64,000 nt of DNA from NCBI RefSeq assembly GCF_009914755.1, contig NC_060945.1; one strand, given 5' to 3'. Shown here one piece after another: positions 27,449 through 41,115 of this stretch. Each line of letters starts with the position of its first letter. The stretch's first letter is position 1. The translations under genes were made by a program, and so were the position numbers. Below the pieces are notes generated by a model. That model was not told the DNA's origin. It worked only from the letters and a program-made list of their open reading frames with translations, and searched no databases. The DNA is from the human T2T-CHM13v2.0 reference genome, Homo sapiens.

Positions 27449-27558
27449 TAGCCATCCCTTGGTATCCGTGGGGTAATTGCTTCCAGGATCCCTCTCAGAA
27501 ACCCAAATCTGTGGATGCTCACATCTCTTTTAAAAAACAGCCCTCAGAGAGCTGACGG
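27449..27558 (+). mobile_element. Internally deleted MER2 (TcMar-Tigger) element
   Basis: tagccatcccttggtatccgtgggg...ttccaggatcc...aaatctgtggatgctca; flanked by TA on both sides. Confidence 0.75.
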
Positions 27559-27699
27559 TACTCACTTGCTAGCTGAGTAAACAGTGGAGCTAGAACCAGC
27601 ACCAGGAGCCCCTTGATGCCAGAGCCTGTAAGGGCAGCATCCTGTGTGCACACAGCTCACAGGCAGAGTGGGGCCACAGGGATTCTCCACTGCCTCTGT

Positions 27700-28250
27700 C
27701 TCACAGAAACACAGCCACATGATATGGAGACTCACGAGGCTTGGGGGTGAACAGAAGTCAAAATGTGGTTCCTGGCAACAAGACCTGAAGGTGCAGATCA
27801 CAGTGAACTATGAAGGATCTGATGCAGTCCAAGAGAGAAATAAGTGACTGAACCAAGGCTGAGATGATTAGAAGAGAGAAGAATCGAGAGACAGTTAAGA
27901 GGTAGTATGGACAGGGTGTGGCCACTGGCTGGATGTAAACGGTAAGAGAGAGGGGAGATTTGAGGAGCATGAAAAGATGGAGATAACGTTAACAAAATAG
28001 GCAACTTAGGAGAAAACAGGCTTGTGGGGATTGCAGGCAGGTGGAGGCACCTCATTCATCCCTCATCCAATGAAGATTTTAGTACCCATTATATGCAGAT
28101 ACTGTTCCAGGCACTTGAGATTCATCAGGGACTAAATGAACAGAAATATCTGCCTCACAGAGCTTTCATTTTACGGAGGAGAGACCAGCAATGTACAATA
28201 AACATGAAGAAGAAGCAAGTTTTATAGCACTAAGAAGGTAATAATTACTC
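27700..28250 (-). mobile_element. L2 fragments
   Basis: gcagtccaagagagaaataagtgactgaaccaagg and tacccattatatgcagatactgttccaggcacttgaga. Confidence 0.65.
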
Positions 28251-29004
28251 TATGTGTTAGTTACCTCTTGGCTGCTGTAACAAATTAGAGTATGATGGTT
28301 GACTTCTTATAAATATTAATCACCTCCTGTTAGCTCTGGGCACTCAGTGAATTATTTTATATAAATCTGATAACCATCCCAGTCTTCTGATGTCACCCTA
28401 AACTCTATATTTTAATACTACTGCTAAATTCACAGTGGATCAGAGCTGTCTTTTGACAGATTAAGTTCCAATATCAAGTCCTGGGCCCTAGGCAAATAAA
28501 ATATATTTAACTAATCTGATGCAGCTGATAGATACCATAACCAGCAGGAAGACACATCTCCAGTTAATTGAAGCCTCAGCTTTAGTATTAGGAGCCAGAG
28601 CCATGCTTAAGGAGTAGCCAAACCTGTTGGGTGACTATGTCCAGAAAAAACAGTTCTGCATCAGTCATGCCAAAACAGAAAGTCATTGTACCTGGTAAAA
28701 AATTTTCAACATTTAATGGAAACTGCAAACTGACTTTTCCTAGTCAGTCAAATCACTTGGCTATGTGAGCATAGAATTCATAGCTGATTTCTCTCCAGAG
28801 GCATAATCGGCCTCATATTGGCACACTTCCATGGCTAACATGGCCACTTGGAAATTCTTGCCATTAAAAACTTTCAGACGAAGTTCACCTTCTCCATAAT
28901 ATATAAGGTGGAGGCCACAGTTATGTACATGTATGAGAGTGTATTTAAAGATTGTAGTCCCTTCCCATTTCCCACATCCCAGCTTCTCTCAAAGTGCCAC
29001 CAGG

Positions 29005-29720
29005 CTTCATGGTTCATGGCTGATAGGGTTTGTCTGTGTCCCCACCCAAATCTCATCTTTAATTGTAGCTCCCGTAATTCTCATGTGTAGTGGGAGGGAC
29101 CCAGTGGGAGGTAATTGAATCATGGGGGTGGATCTTTCCTGTGCTGTTCTCGAGATAGTGAATAAGTCTCACAAGATCTGATGGTTTTATAAAGGGGAGT
29201 TTCCCTGCACAAGTTCTCTCGTCTGCCACCATGTAAAATGTGCCTTTCACCTTCCATCACGATTGTGAGGCCTCCCCAGTTACGTGGAACTGTAAGTTCA
29301 TTAAACCTCTTTTTCTTTATAAATTACCCAGTCTTGGGTATGTCTTTATCAGCAGCATGAGAATGGACTAATACAATGTTTGTGCTGCCTGCCCCCAAAT
29401 TCATCTATTGAAATTCTAACCTTCAATGTGATGGTATTAAGAGATGGGGCATTTGGGAGGGCATTAGATCATGAGGAAGAGACCTCATGAATGGAATTAG
29501 TGCCCTTATAAAAGCTGCCCAAGAAAGCTCCCTTGCCCCCTTTCTACCCCTTTCAATGTGGGGTTACGTTGAAAAGATGAGGAACCAGGCCCCACCCAAC
29601 ATCAAATCTGCCAGTGCCTTGACCATGAACTTCCCAGCCTCTAGAACTGTGAGAAATAATCTTGTGTTGTTTCTAAGCTACCCAGAATTCTTTTACAGCA
29701 GGCTGATCAGACCAAGACTG
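29005..29720 (+). mobile_element. MLT1A0-like MaLR LTR, split near its 5' end by a THE1 LTR
   Basis: atgtttgtg...aaattcatctattgaaattctaacc...ctcatgaatggaattagtgcccttataaaag...cttcccagcctctagaactgtgagaaataa. Confidence 0.82.
29021..29375 (+). mobile_element. THE1 (B/C-like) solo LTR, full length
   Basis: tgatagggtttgtctgtgtccccacccaaatctcatc...cagcagcatgagaatggactaataca. Confidence 0.95.
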
Positions 29721-29822
29721 CCCACTTCTGAATTAACGGGAAAAGGTTCACTTTCTAAGATGCAAATTAGGCTTTCACCAAAGAATGGCCTTTGTTCTAC
29801 CTGCTGGGGCCTTATCTTAGGC

Positions 29823-29989
29823 AGTGGTTCTCAATCTTGCTGCTTCTTAAACTCCTCTGGGAGCAACTGTAGAACATCAAAGCCTCCACCTTCCTCTGGC
29901 CAGTTGAGTCTGACACATAGGGGTTGGAGGAGAGGGCAGGATTGAACTCTCCATGTGATTCTGAAGCATGAGAGGGCTGAGAACTACTG
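29823..29989. mobile_element. MER5-family MITE
   Basis: TIRs cagtggttctca ... tgagaactactg. Confidence 0.75.
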
Positions 29990-30139
29990 ACATAAAGCAT
30001 ATGGAGCTCTTGTTTTGGTCAACATTTGCCCATGGCTTAAACCATGATTTGCCTCTGATCCATGACTTCCCAAGAGTTTACTTTAGATATCTTACATTTA
30101 ATAAAGACTGGGTAATAATGATGATAAATTGGTCATGAT

Positions 30140-30330
30140 AGAAGCCACCATTTACAACCACTGAACGGGGCATTGTACATTTTCTTGTTTAATCCTCCAG
30201 CAGCCTAGCAAGGCAGCTATTTACCATCCTCATTCTATGGCTTAAGAACTTAGGGTCAGAGAAAAAACTTGCTCAAGACCATACAGTCAGTAAGTAACAG
30301 AACTAAGATGCAAATGCAGATTCCAAAGTC
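30140..30330 (-). mobile_element. MIR SINE
   Basis: tttaatcctccagcagcct...acttgctcaagaccatacagtcagtaagt. Confidence 0.75.
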
Positions 30331-30339
30331 AACGCATCA

Positions 30340-30700
30340 ATAGAATTGTAATACAGGGGGTGAGTGCTGTGGAGCTGCATAGGGTCAGGAACATCAGCCT
30401 AATCCTGGCTTTCCAGAGGAAGCGAATCTTAGCTGTAACCAGGAGGATAAGATGAAGCCAAGCTGGAAAGGTCAGAGAAGGGCACTGAGGGAGGGAGAGG
30501 GGCACTAGAGAGGAGGCAATACAGGAAGGAAAGAGTGTCCCAGGTTGGAGGAAGAGGATGTGCAAGGCCTGGAGGTGAACCAGAATGGGCTGGTGATCCA
30601 GGTGAGAATGAACATGAGATGTCCCCAACTGGCTCAGGTAGGAATGGCAAAGTGTCGAAATGAACACGTTAGGGGATCTATGGAAAAGAGAGCACGTTGA
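30340..30700 (-). mobile_element. L2 fragment
   Basis: ggaaagagtgtcccaggttggaggaagaggatgtgcaaggcctggagg. Confidence 0.65.
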
Positions 30701-31519
30701 GTGTACAGAACCTGAATTCACTGGAATTTAAACGCGAAAAGTGCATGCAGTTGGAACGATGACGTGAGAGCTCATTACAGGAAATGGGAGAAAAAGAAAG
30801 CCCTGCTGTTAAGACCATGAGATGTGTTTCTCTCCTAATTGTCACCATCCATTCTAGAAGTGGATTGGACATTATCTACTGTGATCCTTGCATTCACCTG
30901 AAGAATCTAAGCCTTGGAGAGGGTCAGCGACTTGTTACAGGTCCTAGTGGCTGCCTAAATGGTCCTGACCTGGGCCTGTAACACAGGGTGATTGACCCCA
31001 GAGCAGGTCTCTTTTCCATTTTGTCCCACGTGGAGGTAAATCATGAGACAGAATAGAAATCATTTTGCTTAATTTAAATAATAAAGGATAGTGCAGAGAC
31101 GGCTTAGCTGCATGCTGCTAGCATGGCCCACCTCCCCTCTGACGTAGGCAGCTCCTACCTACATCAGTGGTCCCTCACCTGGGTGTCCAGAGCAGCCACT
31201 GAGCACGTGCACACTCCTGGGCATGCATGTGTGAGTGGCTTTTGCAGGAAGAAGATTCAGTGCATTCTTAAGCGTATTGTATTTCCATAGCTCTCAAAGG
31301 GACTCTGACTCCCAAATATTTTTACAATAGCAAAGTGCTTTTATTAAAGATCCTAAAAGGCACAATTTTTTTTTCCTAAGCCTACATATTCATTACTGAT
31401 GAATAGTTTTATTTAATAGTATTTCTGCATCTGGCTTTGCCAATGCACAGCTAGTTTATGTCTACATACATAAAATAGTCTGAGAGGCAGAATTTCCAAT
31501 CATTGCTATTACCAATGAC

Positions 31520-31990
31520 AATGACTACTGCTTACTAAACACAATATGCCACATAGGATCCCAAGACCTTTTCCTGTATTATTGTATTTAATCTCAAAAG
31601 TAGTCTGTGAGGTAGATACTGTTATTATAATTTTCATGTTACAGAGAAAAAAAAACCCTCAAAAATAAAAAGATTGAGTCACTTGTCCTAGGTTGGTGGT
31701 TCTCAAAGTGTGATCCCTCCGGCAGCATCAGCATTACTGAAAATGCAAATTACTGGGCCCACTTCAGACCTAGTGAATCAGAAACTCTGTGGTTAGAGGC
31801 CCCAAATCCTTATTTTAATAAGTCCCTCTGGTGATTTTGATACCTTTAGTCATCCAGTTTAAGAACTACAGTCCTAGGGCATCCGGTTAGAAAATGATGC
31901 ATTTTATTTACTGCTAAATATAGCATCATTGCCCAAATCACACAGCTGGTAAATGACATTGCTGAGATTCAAGTCAGGGAACCAATTGCT
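31520..31990 (-). mobile_element. MIR pieces split by MER5A
   Basis: ctgtgaggtagatactgttatta...acttgtcc and ttgcccaaatcacacagctggtaaatg. Confidence 0.7.
31694..31871 (+). mobile_element. MER5A MITE
   Basis: gtggttctcaaagtgtg...cagcatcagcattac...aaatgcaaatt; TSD tcctaggt / tcctaggg. Confidence 0.9.
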
Positions 31991-33316
31991 AGTTTACCCT
32001 CTCTGATTTAAGCGGTGTAGACATAGACAGTCTAACTAGGTTATTGAAGCCTTAATCCCCATTGGGACTTAATTTTATGACTCTCATTGATCAAGCAACC
32101 CTTGGGGTCAAGAACCTCTGCTCAGCTGTCCCTATTGGTTTGTCTTGCACCACTGCATTCTCAGTGTGGGTGTCCAAACCCTGGTGAGCTCCATATCTGA
32201 GCTGTATGACCTTAGGTAATTTTTACTAGCTTTAAGGAAAGCCATTTAGCAGATTTTAATTCCAAATCCACCTGGTAAAAAAAAAATAATCAATAGGTCA
32301 GATAATCTTCATAAAAAAATTGACTCTTTCTTATAAGACAAACCTGTAGGAGCATTTCACAATGGCAGCCAGAACCTCATTTTAAATGCTGCCATGGTAC
32401 AATGGCACGATGTTGAAAGATGAAGCTTGTATTTGGTGTGAGTGAGGACTCTAGATTCTGAAGCTAACCACATTAGCTGGAAAGACTTCGTGCATACCAG
32501 AAATGTAGAAAATACTGCATCCACTCACAAACAACACCCTATGTCACCTTAAGCCGTGGCTTAATCTCTTTGATTTGACTTTTTCCCTCCAAACTCATTT
32601 TAAGGTCTTGAAAATACACAATGCAGCTGCAAAGCTACACTTTGGGACTAAGAACAAGTTTGGGAATAACGACTTGAAATTGGATTCGATGATCTCTTTT
32701 CATTTTATAAGTGTTATGAATCCACTGGCTTCTTGCATGAGAAAGGAGAACACTTTCAGCAAATTTCAACCATCTCACAAATCACTTCATCACAATAGCT
32801 TAATATTCCGATTGTGGACTTTACACAAGATGTGACATCAAACGCAGGACAATCTTGAAATGGCAAATGCCTGGAGGGAGCTGCCGGCCACGGAGTCTGA
32901 ATTACCTCATACCTTGAAATTAGCAGGGCCTCCTGATCAGGGAGTGGGAGCAAAACATTTTTTTTCTTTTATTAGTAAGTCCCATTAACTCTGGTTCTAG
33001 CTTTCGGTACTCCCTGCCTTTCGTAAGGAGTGTCACCCTCACAATGACACAATGTTCTGCCTGTTTGCATTACTAAACACAGGAGGTGCAATGGGGAAGC
33101 AGGCTGCTCATAAAAATGAGTTCAGACGCTTGCTACAGACGTGACAAATACCAAGCTGATTTTTATGCAGGGAATCCTGTCTCATTTTATGTGAAAATAA
33201 GGTAATAAGACAAAAGGAGCTATAGGACTCCAATTTTAGCTTTTTTAAAAAAAACAACATAGCCATACTGATATCCTATGAATCACTACCCCTGCAGTGG
33301 AGTCATTTTTTACGGG

Positions 33317-33356
33317 GTGTGTGTGTGTGTGTGCGTGTGTGTGCTTGTGTGTGTGT
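33317..33356. repeat. (TG)n microsatellite, imperfect
   Basis: Read directly. Confidence 0.9.
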
Positions 33357-36300
33357 AGGGAGAGAGAGATCCCTCTCTACCCATTAGTATAAAAGTTGGA
33401 TTTCTCAACAGCTTGACAATACTGGAAACGTCTCGTCAGTGGTTACTCCATCATGATAAGTATTATTGTGTGATATTTTTTTTCTTAACAGAATGAAAAC
33501 AGATGTCATTTGATATTAATGCCTAACCCCAAGTCAATGGTAACAATTTAAGAAGATACTTGAAGAAAAGAAATGAAACTGTAAATAGAATTGTTATAAA
33601 GTAAAAACTTCAGGAGTTTATTTCATCTTTTAAGAAAAATCAGTTCCATTTCTTTCTCTCTCTAGAGAGGTAGACAAACACACACAGAAATTCTTTCTCA
33701 CTTGGAAAGGGTAGCGCCATTTAACTACTGTAGTCATGAGATGGTGAGGGTGGTAGCCAGGAATGGCCCTAAGTGATCAGCAGGATCAGGGAGAGAAAAA
33801 AAGCACCCTGTGAGAATGCTGAAGGGTTTGGGAAGTGTTTCTAACATTTCACCAGTCGTTTTTACTTAGCAGCTTTAGATTTTAGATTAAAACAGAGGAG
33901 AGATGAGGAAGGCAGACACCAAGATGGGGAATAACAGGGCAGGAGCAACAGAAACAAACAGACACATTCTCAAAACCCATTTGTTTCTGTTACTGGGGCT
34001 ATTCTCATTCCTTTCTCTTTATACCCCATTGATACCCCGATGTCCTCTTCATTTTCCCCAGTTGTAGAATTTCAGTTGGCCTCTGACGCCATGAGAAGAA
34101 ACGAACTCAGTCCAGGCCAATGCAAACGTTTTCCTACAACTCTCTCCCACTTTCCCAAACCCTCCTCCCCCAGCAGTGTCTTCTAATGGCTTCTGTACTC
34201 TTGATTTAAATCGCCCTAAATCCCATCCTCTCTTCTACTTGATCCTAATGACTAATCTGTTCTGCCAAGAAGAGATGACACTTCTTGTCAGCCCTTGCCT
34301 TCCTGTGGTCAAAATTAATTCGTTCACCCAACATTCATTAAGCACCTACCATGAGGTAGACAGTGGCAGGCAACGCCATCACAATCTCTGCCCTTGAGAA
34401 ACCGCCACAACTACAGTGCTCTATCATTCTATACGAATGCAGACGGCACAATCATTCTCTTTTGAACCTAGAATATATATTTTCAAAGGTTCAGATCTAA
34501 AAAATTGTTTAATGAATTAAAGTACCTAGCAAACTCTCCTGGTCAAAAATAGCCATTTAATTTACCAAACTCTATTTAATGCAAGGATTTTATTCTTGGG
34601 AAAGGAAACTAATTCCTTTTCTATTGTGGCTTTCAGCCTGGTCTGACTATCAGAATTAGGTTTTGGATCTAATCACAAAATTAACTTGATGATAGCAAAC
34701 ACAAATCGTCAAATCAGATTTTTCTACCAAATAAATGCAATGGAAACAAGATCTCTCCTATCTACGGAAACCATGATCTCATGCTAGAATTTTAGGGAAA
34801 TAAAGCTTGAACCCTAATGACTATTCATATCAGGAAATATTATTTCTTGTTTGTTGAAATGTCTACCTGTAAGGAACAAATCTAAGATACTTGCCTTTAA
34901 AAAGTTTAAAAAATAATTTGAAGAAAAAAAAAGGAAAATAGGTCTTGTGTCAGTGTTGAGTTAGTTCAGGTAATTATGTTTCTTTCTCCTAAAATAATCA
35001 TATTTTGTAATTAAAAAACTCACAACAGCCTTTCATCGTATTTTTATACATTCCCTTCTGTGTTATTGAGAAACTTGTATAAGCTCACAAAATATAAGTA
35101 TGCTCTGCTTCTCATGTATTTTTTCCTTTGGATGGTTTTGATTTGTTTTTATTGTTGCTCCATTGAGTAACTTTATAACACCATAACATTTTGTAGAAAA
35201 GGATTCCTAGATGAATGAAACCTTTCTGAAATCCTAAAAATCTTACCTTTGCCAAGCTAGCCTTACTGGCATGAAGCCTGCTCCACTTCCTGGTTCTGAC
35301 CAATAATTTTCTATGCGAACGTCATCATCAAAGCTTGCAGGACAACTTGTGTGGAGCATTTCCAGATACCCGTCCTCCCCTCTGTTATTTCAGTCAACAG
35401 CTGCTCAGCCTGTTCTTCCCATCACCGTTCATGATTGCGTTAGACAAAAATCCACCTTTAAATAAACTGTGAAAACTGAGAACGGCAAAGCAACCAGTGG
35501 CAACTAAGAGGCACTCTGCTGTTATCAACCTCAGCTCACAGTCTTGGGCGCATGCCCAGCAGGACTAAATTCTCTATACAGCAAGGGAGAGTTTCAGCTG
35601 ACCTGCTGTGAATGCCCCAAGTGAGTCACTGCCGTTAACTCCATCAGTGCCACTTGCTGTCTACTTGGACATTTCTGAACAGCTGCTTGGCTCTAATGTC
35701 GACCTCTAACTGGAAATATGGCCTCGTCTGACTCAGTTTCAGAAGAGAAAAAGGGGGAGGCAGAAGGGAGGAGAGAAAACACACATGCCCACTCTCAATC
35801 CAGATTGACAACTTTGTTTTTTTCTCATTGATTGTGGTAGAAATAATTGTTGATGAGGTGGAAATACTAAACCCAGTTTGTCATAGTTTCTCTATTTTGT
35901 CTCTTAATATATTCCTCATGAAGTTGGATTGGGATCTTCTACTGAAATTATACGCTGCTGTGGAAATTCACAGTCCTTAAGAGCTCACCCCATTTCCATA
36001 TTTTGTTTTTAACATATCCACTGAATTTTCCAAACACAAAAGTGAATATTTCTTTTATTCTAAAAATGTTGTTCATAATATTGAGAATCCATTTAGAATC
36101 AATCAACATTTTTGGAGTACTTGTTAGAACAGACTTCTGGGGTAGACATTAAAAAGGATTCTGAGAAATATCAGACATGCTTCCTGGATTCAAGAATTTA
36201 TAATAAAATGAAGAGAAAAGGCCTTGTTCAAACAGATGGCCCAGGAACAAGATGAGACAGTGTGCACAGAAGTGTCACATGCCTGCTACAGCTACTAGAA

Positions 36301-37669
36301 TCTGTGAGAGCTCAGAGAAAGGCTCTGGGCTGGTGGCTTTAAATCCAGAATGATGGTAACTGATACTAACAACTGAAGTGAAATTGACTTCATAAACATG
36401 GACGATGTGTCATAGCTGGGCATGCAGCCCAAGTGTCTAAGTTGAAGACTGAAAAATGCTCACATGGCCTCAGTATTTCATTTCAGCAAAAATCCGTGAT
36501 TTATATGTGTATTGTTGTATGCACAGGCACATGTACACATGTTTTTAAACTCTTATATTGCCAGAGACACTGAGGAATTGATCATGTACTTATTCTCCTG
36601 GGATCATTTACTATTGTGTGGACAGTGAACAAGCACCAAGCCGGGTTTCTGGAGTTTAACCCAAAGAAAGACAAATAGATGAAATAGCATAAGGCTTCTT
36701 CCATTTTGAAGGTATCTTCTACCTGCTGTTTTTATTTCTTGAAAGGAGATTTCAGAGGAGAATAAAGATAGGTTAATTCTTAGTTTTATGATGATAATAA
36801 TATAACTATAGATTTTCTAACAGCATTTCAGCATTTGTAAAGATTTTTCTTGAACAGTAAACAGAGGAATGTTATTCCATGATCATTGGTGCTTTGAGTT
36901 AATTTAGCTCTCTGCATTATTTACTCCACTTGACTGCAGTTTGAAGTTGAAGAGAGCATGGTCTCCGGTGCTTGGATAATGCTTCCTATGGAATATGTGA
37001 GTAGACTTAGTTACTCTTAAAGTCATCAAATGAGATTGGACCACAAATATAATACAAAAAATAATCTCAAGGTTTTAATCCTGAAAAGCTTGCAAATATT
37101 AGAAAACAATGGATCCAAAGGAAATGCCTTGATTTGGGGCCCTAAAACTAACTAGTAGTTTTCAGCATAATTTTCCAATTCATATCTAAGGCTGCTTGAA
37201 TAATTAATAAACTATCATCGGTTTTCCCAAGTCACCAAAATCACACTTAGTTGTGAGTGCGATGTAACCAGATTTTGGTATAATCAAGTCTGCCTTAGAC
37301 CTTATCTACAGGCTTGATGGAACAAAAGGGTTTTTCTCCAAATGGAGAGACAAGTCAGAAAGGGAATCCTCTCTGAAGGGAAGTAAGAATTGCGTGGGGA
37401 ATACATACCATGGTCGAAATTACAAGTTGATTCATGAGCAGTCTTGCTTTAATACCATGGTGCGGTGATGAACGCAGAAACAGGCAGTGAAACAAAAATG
37501 ATAAATAAGGTAAACAGATTCTATGGGAAAATGAATGACGACGATAATTCATTCTATGGAGGTGAGAGGATGCTGAGAGGAATTCCCAAAGAAAACAGTT
37601 GAGCTGGTTCTGAGTATGCCTTTAGCAGGCTGCCTTGGGCAAAAAGTGAGAGGGAATTTCAACCAGTAA

Positions 37670-38300
37670 GTGCAATATTTATTCAAGAAGTATTTATTGA
37701 AATGTCTATTATGTGCCAGGTAGTATTCTGAATAATGGGGATATCATTTTGAATACTCGGGATATCATTTTGAAAAAAACCAAGTTCCTAATTCATGATG
37801 CCTATATCCCCACAGGGAAGGCACAGAGTAAAATCAAATTAATGAATGAAAAAGTAAGTAAATAGATAAATGAAAAATAAATGAAATATACTTCTGTATT
37901 ATGATGTCAAATAGAGACAAGAGCTAAAAAGAAAAATAATGTAAGGCAAGATGAGTTTATTTCCAATTATGTGGAAGTGTAAAAATGCAGGTGACTTTCA
38001 TGAATCAGCAAGATCTGATTGTCCTTACAGCACAATATGCTTACTGGGAGTGAGGGTGAGAAAGGGGTGAGAAAAATGACAAAAAAGGAGGCAGAATATT
38101 TGGGTTTCAAGTCCCATATGATCTTTTAAGCCCTGTTAAGAAGTTTGGGTTTTCTTCTGAAGATAAGTCAGGAGCCATGGAAAGATTCTTAGGTAGGGGA
38201 TATGGTATGGTCTGTTTTTATGTAGATCACTTCCATGGCAGTAGAGAGAACAAATTTTGGGTGATCAACTTGGGAGGTAGGGGCCTCAGTTAGGAAGCTG
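37670..38300 (-). mobile_element. L2 fragments
   Basis: attcaagaagtatttattgaaatgtctattatgtgccagg and ggagccatggaaagattcttagg. Confidence 0.75.
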
Positions 38301-38489
38301 GTTGCTTGTGGCCTATCAGTTGAGTTGAAAGGATTATTACACACAGGCTGGCCTGTATCTGGTAATCTGAGCTTTAACTAGGAGGAATCCTAGCCCAGGT
38401 GGGTCGCTGTAAATGGTTAACCCAGTTGTAATTGATGTGCCTACTGGCCCTGAATTGAGGGGTTGCTCCTATCTCCCCACCCGACTTGC

Positions 38490-40635
38490 CTGGAATTTCT
38501 GCTTCTGATAATACCAGAATAGCTCCTGTCAGACAAACTGTATCACAGGTAACAACTGTGAACTCTGTACAAATTATTCAAAACCAATGACTGAATACTC
38601 TGGAGAGAGACCAAAGGCAGGCAAAGACAGAGAGGCAATCAATGCTCAGGAGAAGAACATAACAATGATAAGTTTTCTGCTTTTTACAGGCTTTAGCCAG
38701 AGAGCAGGTCCAAGTTAGGGCTACACTAGGAAATGAAAACTTGGATCACAAGCAACAGTCTTACAAGCTTGAAGAACCAGAAAAACAATTTCAGGAGACC
38801 AAACCAGACAGAAGATAGCCAGAGAATGATATCCAAAATTTCATGTATAAATTCTGCCCAAATCTCTGATGTACCTTGAACTGTGCATGCACAGGGTAGA
38901 CTCTAAGCAGTGATGCCTAGGCTAAAAGAACAGAACGCAGATTTCAGCTGCTGCCCACCACAAGAATGAAAAATTTTGGATTTCAGTTCTAATCAAGTTA
39001 ACTGTCTGCTTAAAACAAAATAATCAACACCCTTTGTGATTTGGTTGAATTTTCTGAATTCAGGGTCTCCAAAATGTATTACTCGCCATGTCCAGGATTA
39101 CTAGATATACAAAGCAAGTTTACTAGATATACGAAGAATAAAGAAAATATAACACAAAACCAAGAGAAAAGACTTAATAAAATCCGATCCTGAAATAACC
39201 CAGATATTAGCAGACAAGGATTTTAAAGCAGATATTTTAAACATGATCTAAAATAAGAGAAATATGTATTTCATAAATAAAAATGCTAAGTCTCAGTAAA
39301 AAAATAGAAACCATAAATAATAACCAAATGAGAACCTAGAACTGAAAAATACAACGCCTGAAATAAGAAATTAACTGGATGGGCTTAATAACTAGGAGAT
39401 GACACAAGAAAAAGTCAGTGAAGTAGAAAATAGATCAATACAGTCATAAAATCTTAAAAACAGAAAGAAAAAACAGATTGGCTTGTGAAAAGATTTCAAA
39501 AGGAAAACAGGGAAAATTTTTTTGAAGTAGCAATGCCTAAAATTCTCCACATTTGGTGAAAAACATAAAGGTTGGAAAATTCAATCAAAGAAAACCATAC
39601 TAAGAGCCATTATGATTATTGAAAGTAAACCAGATGGCTGGGTGTGGTGGTCCACACCTGTAATCCCAGCACTGTGGAAGACTGAGGCAGGCAGATTGCT
39701 TGAGCCTAGGAGTTCAAGGCCAGCCTGGGCAACATGGCAAAGCCATGTCTCTAAAAAAATTAGCCAAGTGTGGTGGCGCATGCCTGTAGTCCCAGCTACT
39801 CAAGAGGCTGTGGCAGGAGGACCACTTGAGTCTGGGAGGTTGAGGCTGCAGTGACCATGATTGTGGTATCACATTCCAGCCTGGGTGACAGAGTGAGACC
39901 CTGTCTCAAAAAAGAAAGACAGAAAACCAGAAAACAAAAAATTCTTAAAGCAGCCAGAAACAATGTAACACATCATATAATAGGTATAGAATAAAAACAA
40001 TACAAACAATTGCTAACTTCTTATCAGTAACTATGAAAGCTAGACTACAGTGGATCAATGTCATTAATGTGATAAAAGAAAGCAAAACTTTCAAGTTATC
40101 CTTTTATATCCAGTGAAAATAACCTTCAAGAAAGATGGAAATAATCTTCAAGGTAAAATAAAGAAATTTGCAAATAAATACAAACTAAGATAATTTATTG
40201 GCAGTATGTCCACACTGCAATATACACTAAAGGAAGTTTTTCAGACTGATAGGAATTTGTACTAGATGCAAATGGAATCTTCAAAATAAATTCAACTCAT
40301 TTACACCAGAAATGGTAAATATGTGGGCAAAAGACTGCTTAAATTAAAAAAAAACTTTGTATTATGATTTATGAAGCATGTAGATAATGACACATATGAC
40401 AACTAGAGCAGAAAGGATGACGGAATCAGTAAACAGATTTAATTAATTACGACATTTGTATATCATACATGAAGTGGCACACTATTAATTCTAAGTAGAC
40501 TGTGAAAATGTAAGAATGTTTATAGTAGTCCTTAGAGCAATAACTAAAATTATAATGCAAAGAAGTATAGCTAAAAAGCCTTTAAATAAAATCAGTTTTA
40601 AAAATCTATACAGTTAGCCCCAAATAAAGCAGGAC
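38490..40635 (+). mobile_element. Ancient L1M 5' portion (5'UTR, degraded ORF1, inter-ORF), interrupted by AluJ
   Basis: tagaactgaaaaatacaacgcctgaaataagaaattaactggatgggcttaa; ttcttaaagcagccaga; ttttatatccagtgaaaataaccttcaa. Confidence 0.8.
39636..39920 (+). mobile_element. Alu, AluJ
   Basis: gattgcttgagcctaggagttc and gaggttgaggctgcagtga; partial TSD aaaccaga. Confidence 0.95.
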
Positions 40636-40831
40636 TAAAGCTCCACCTTCCTAGTCTCTATATATTCCCTGATGATTTTATTTACTACCCTTGATTCAAC
40701 CACCACCTGTAAGATGACCTTTTTATAGGTCACATTGACAGAGACGTCCAACAGGAATTTTATGACTCATAAGCCCCCAAATCTATCTATAACCCACATC
40801 TCTCTCCTAAGATCCAGATAATATACCTAAC

Positions 40832-41115
40832 ACAGAGGTAAAAATGGGAGGCCCATGGCTAGATATGGCCTTTTAAACAAAATTAGGGTTTTTAGAAAAT
40901 CAGATATTTTTTATATTGAAATGTATTTTTCCAAAATCTCTTGGAAAAAAAGTGAAGATCTGAAATACAAATCCTGAATTCCTGCAACAGCACCATTCGT
41001 TGAAGCTAAGTATGACCCTACTCTTTAGTCTGAGAACTTACTGATCCTATAATCTCTATCACTCCTTATGTATGACATCTGTTCACTTTACTCAGTGATG
41101 AGTGCTGATAACAAC
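40832..41115. mobile_element. hAT-Charlie relic (MER102-like)
   Basis: cagaggtaaaaatgggaggcccatggctagatatggcc terminus. Confidence 0.45.

Noticed and set aside
28300-28950. Possible processed pseudogene on the minus strand
   Set aside because: No sustained reading frame, poly-A tail or TSD found on inspection.
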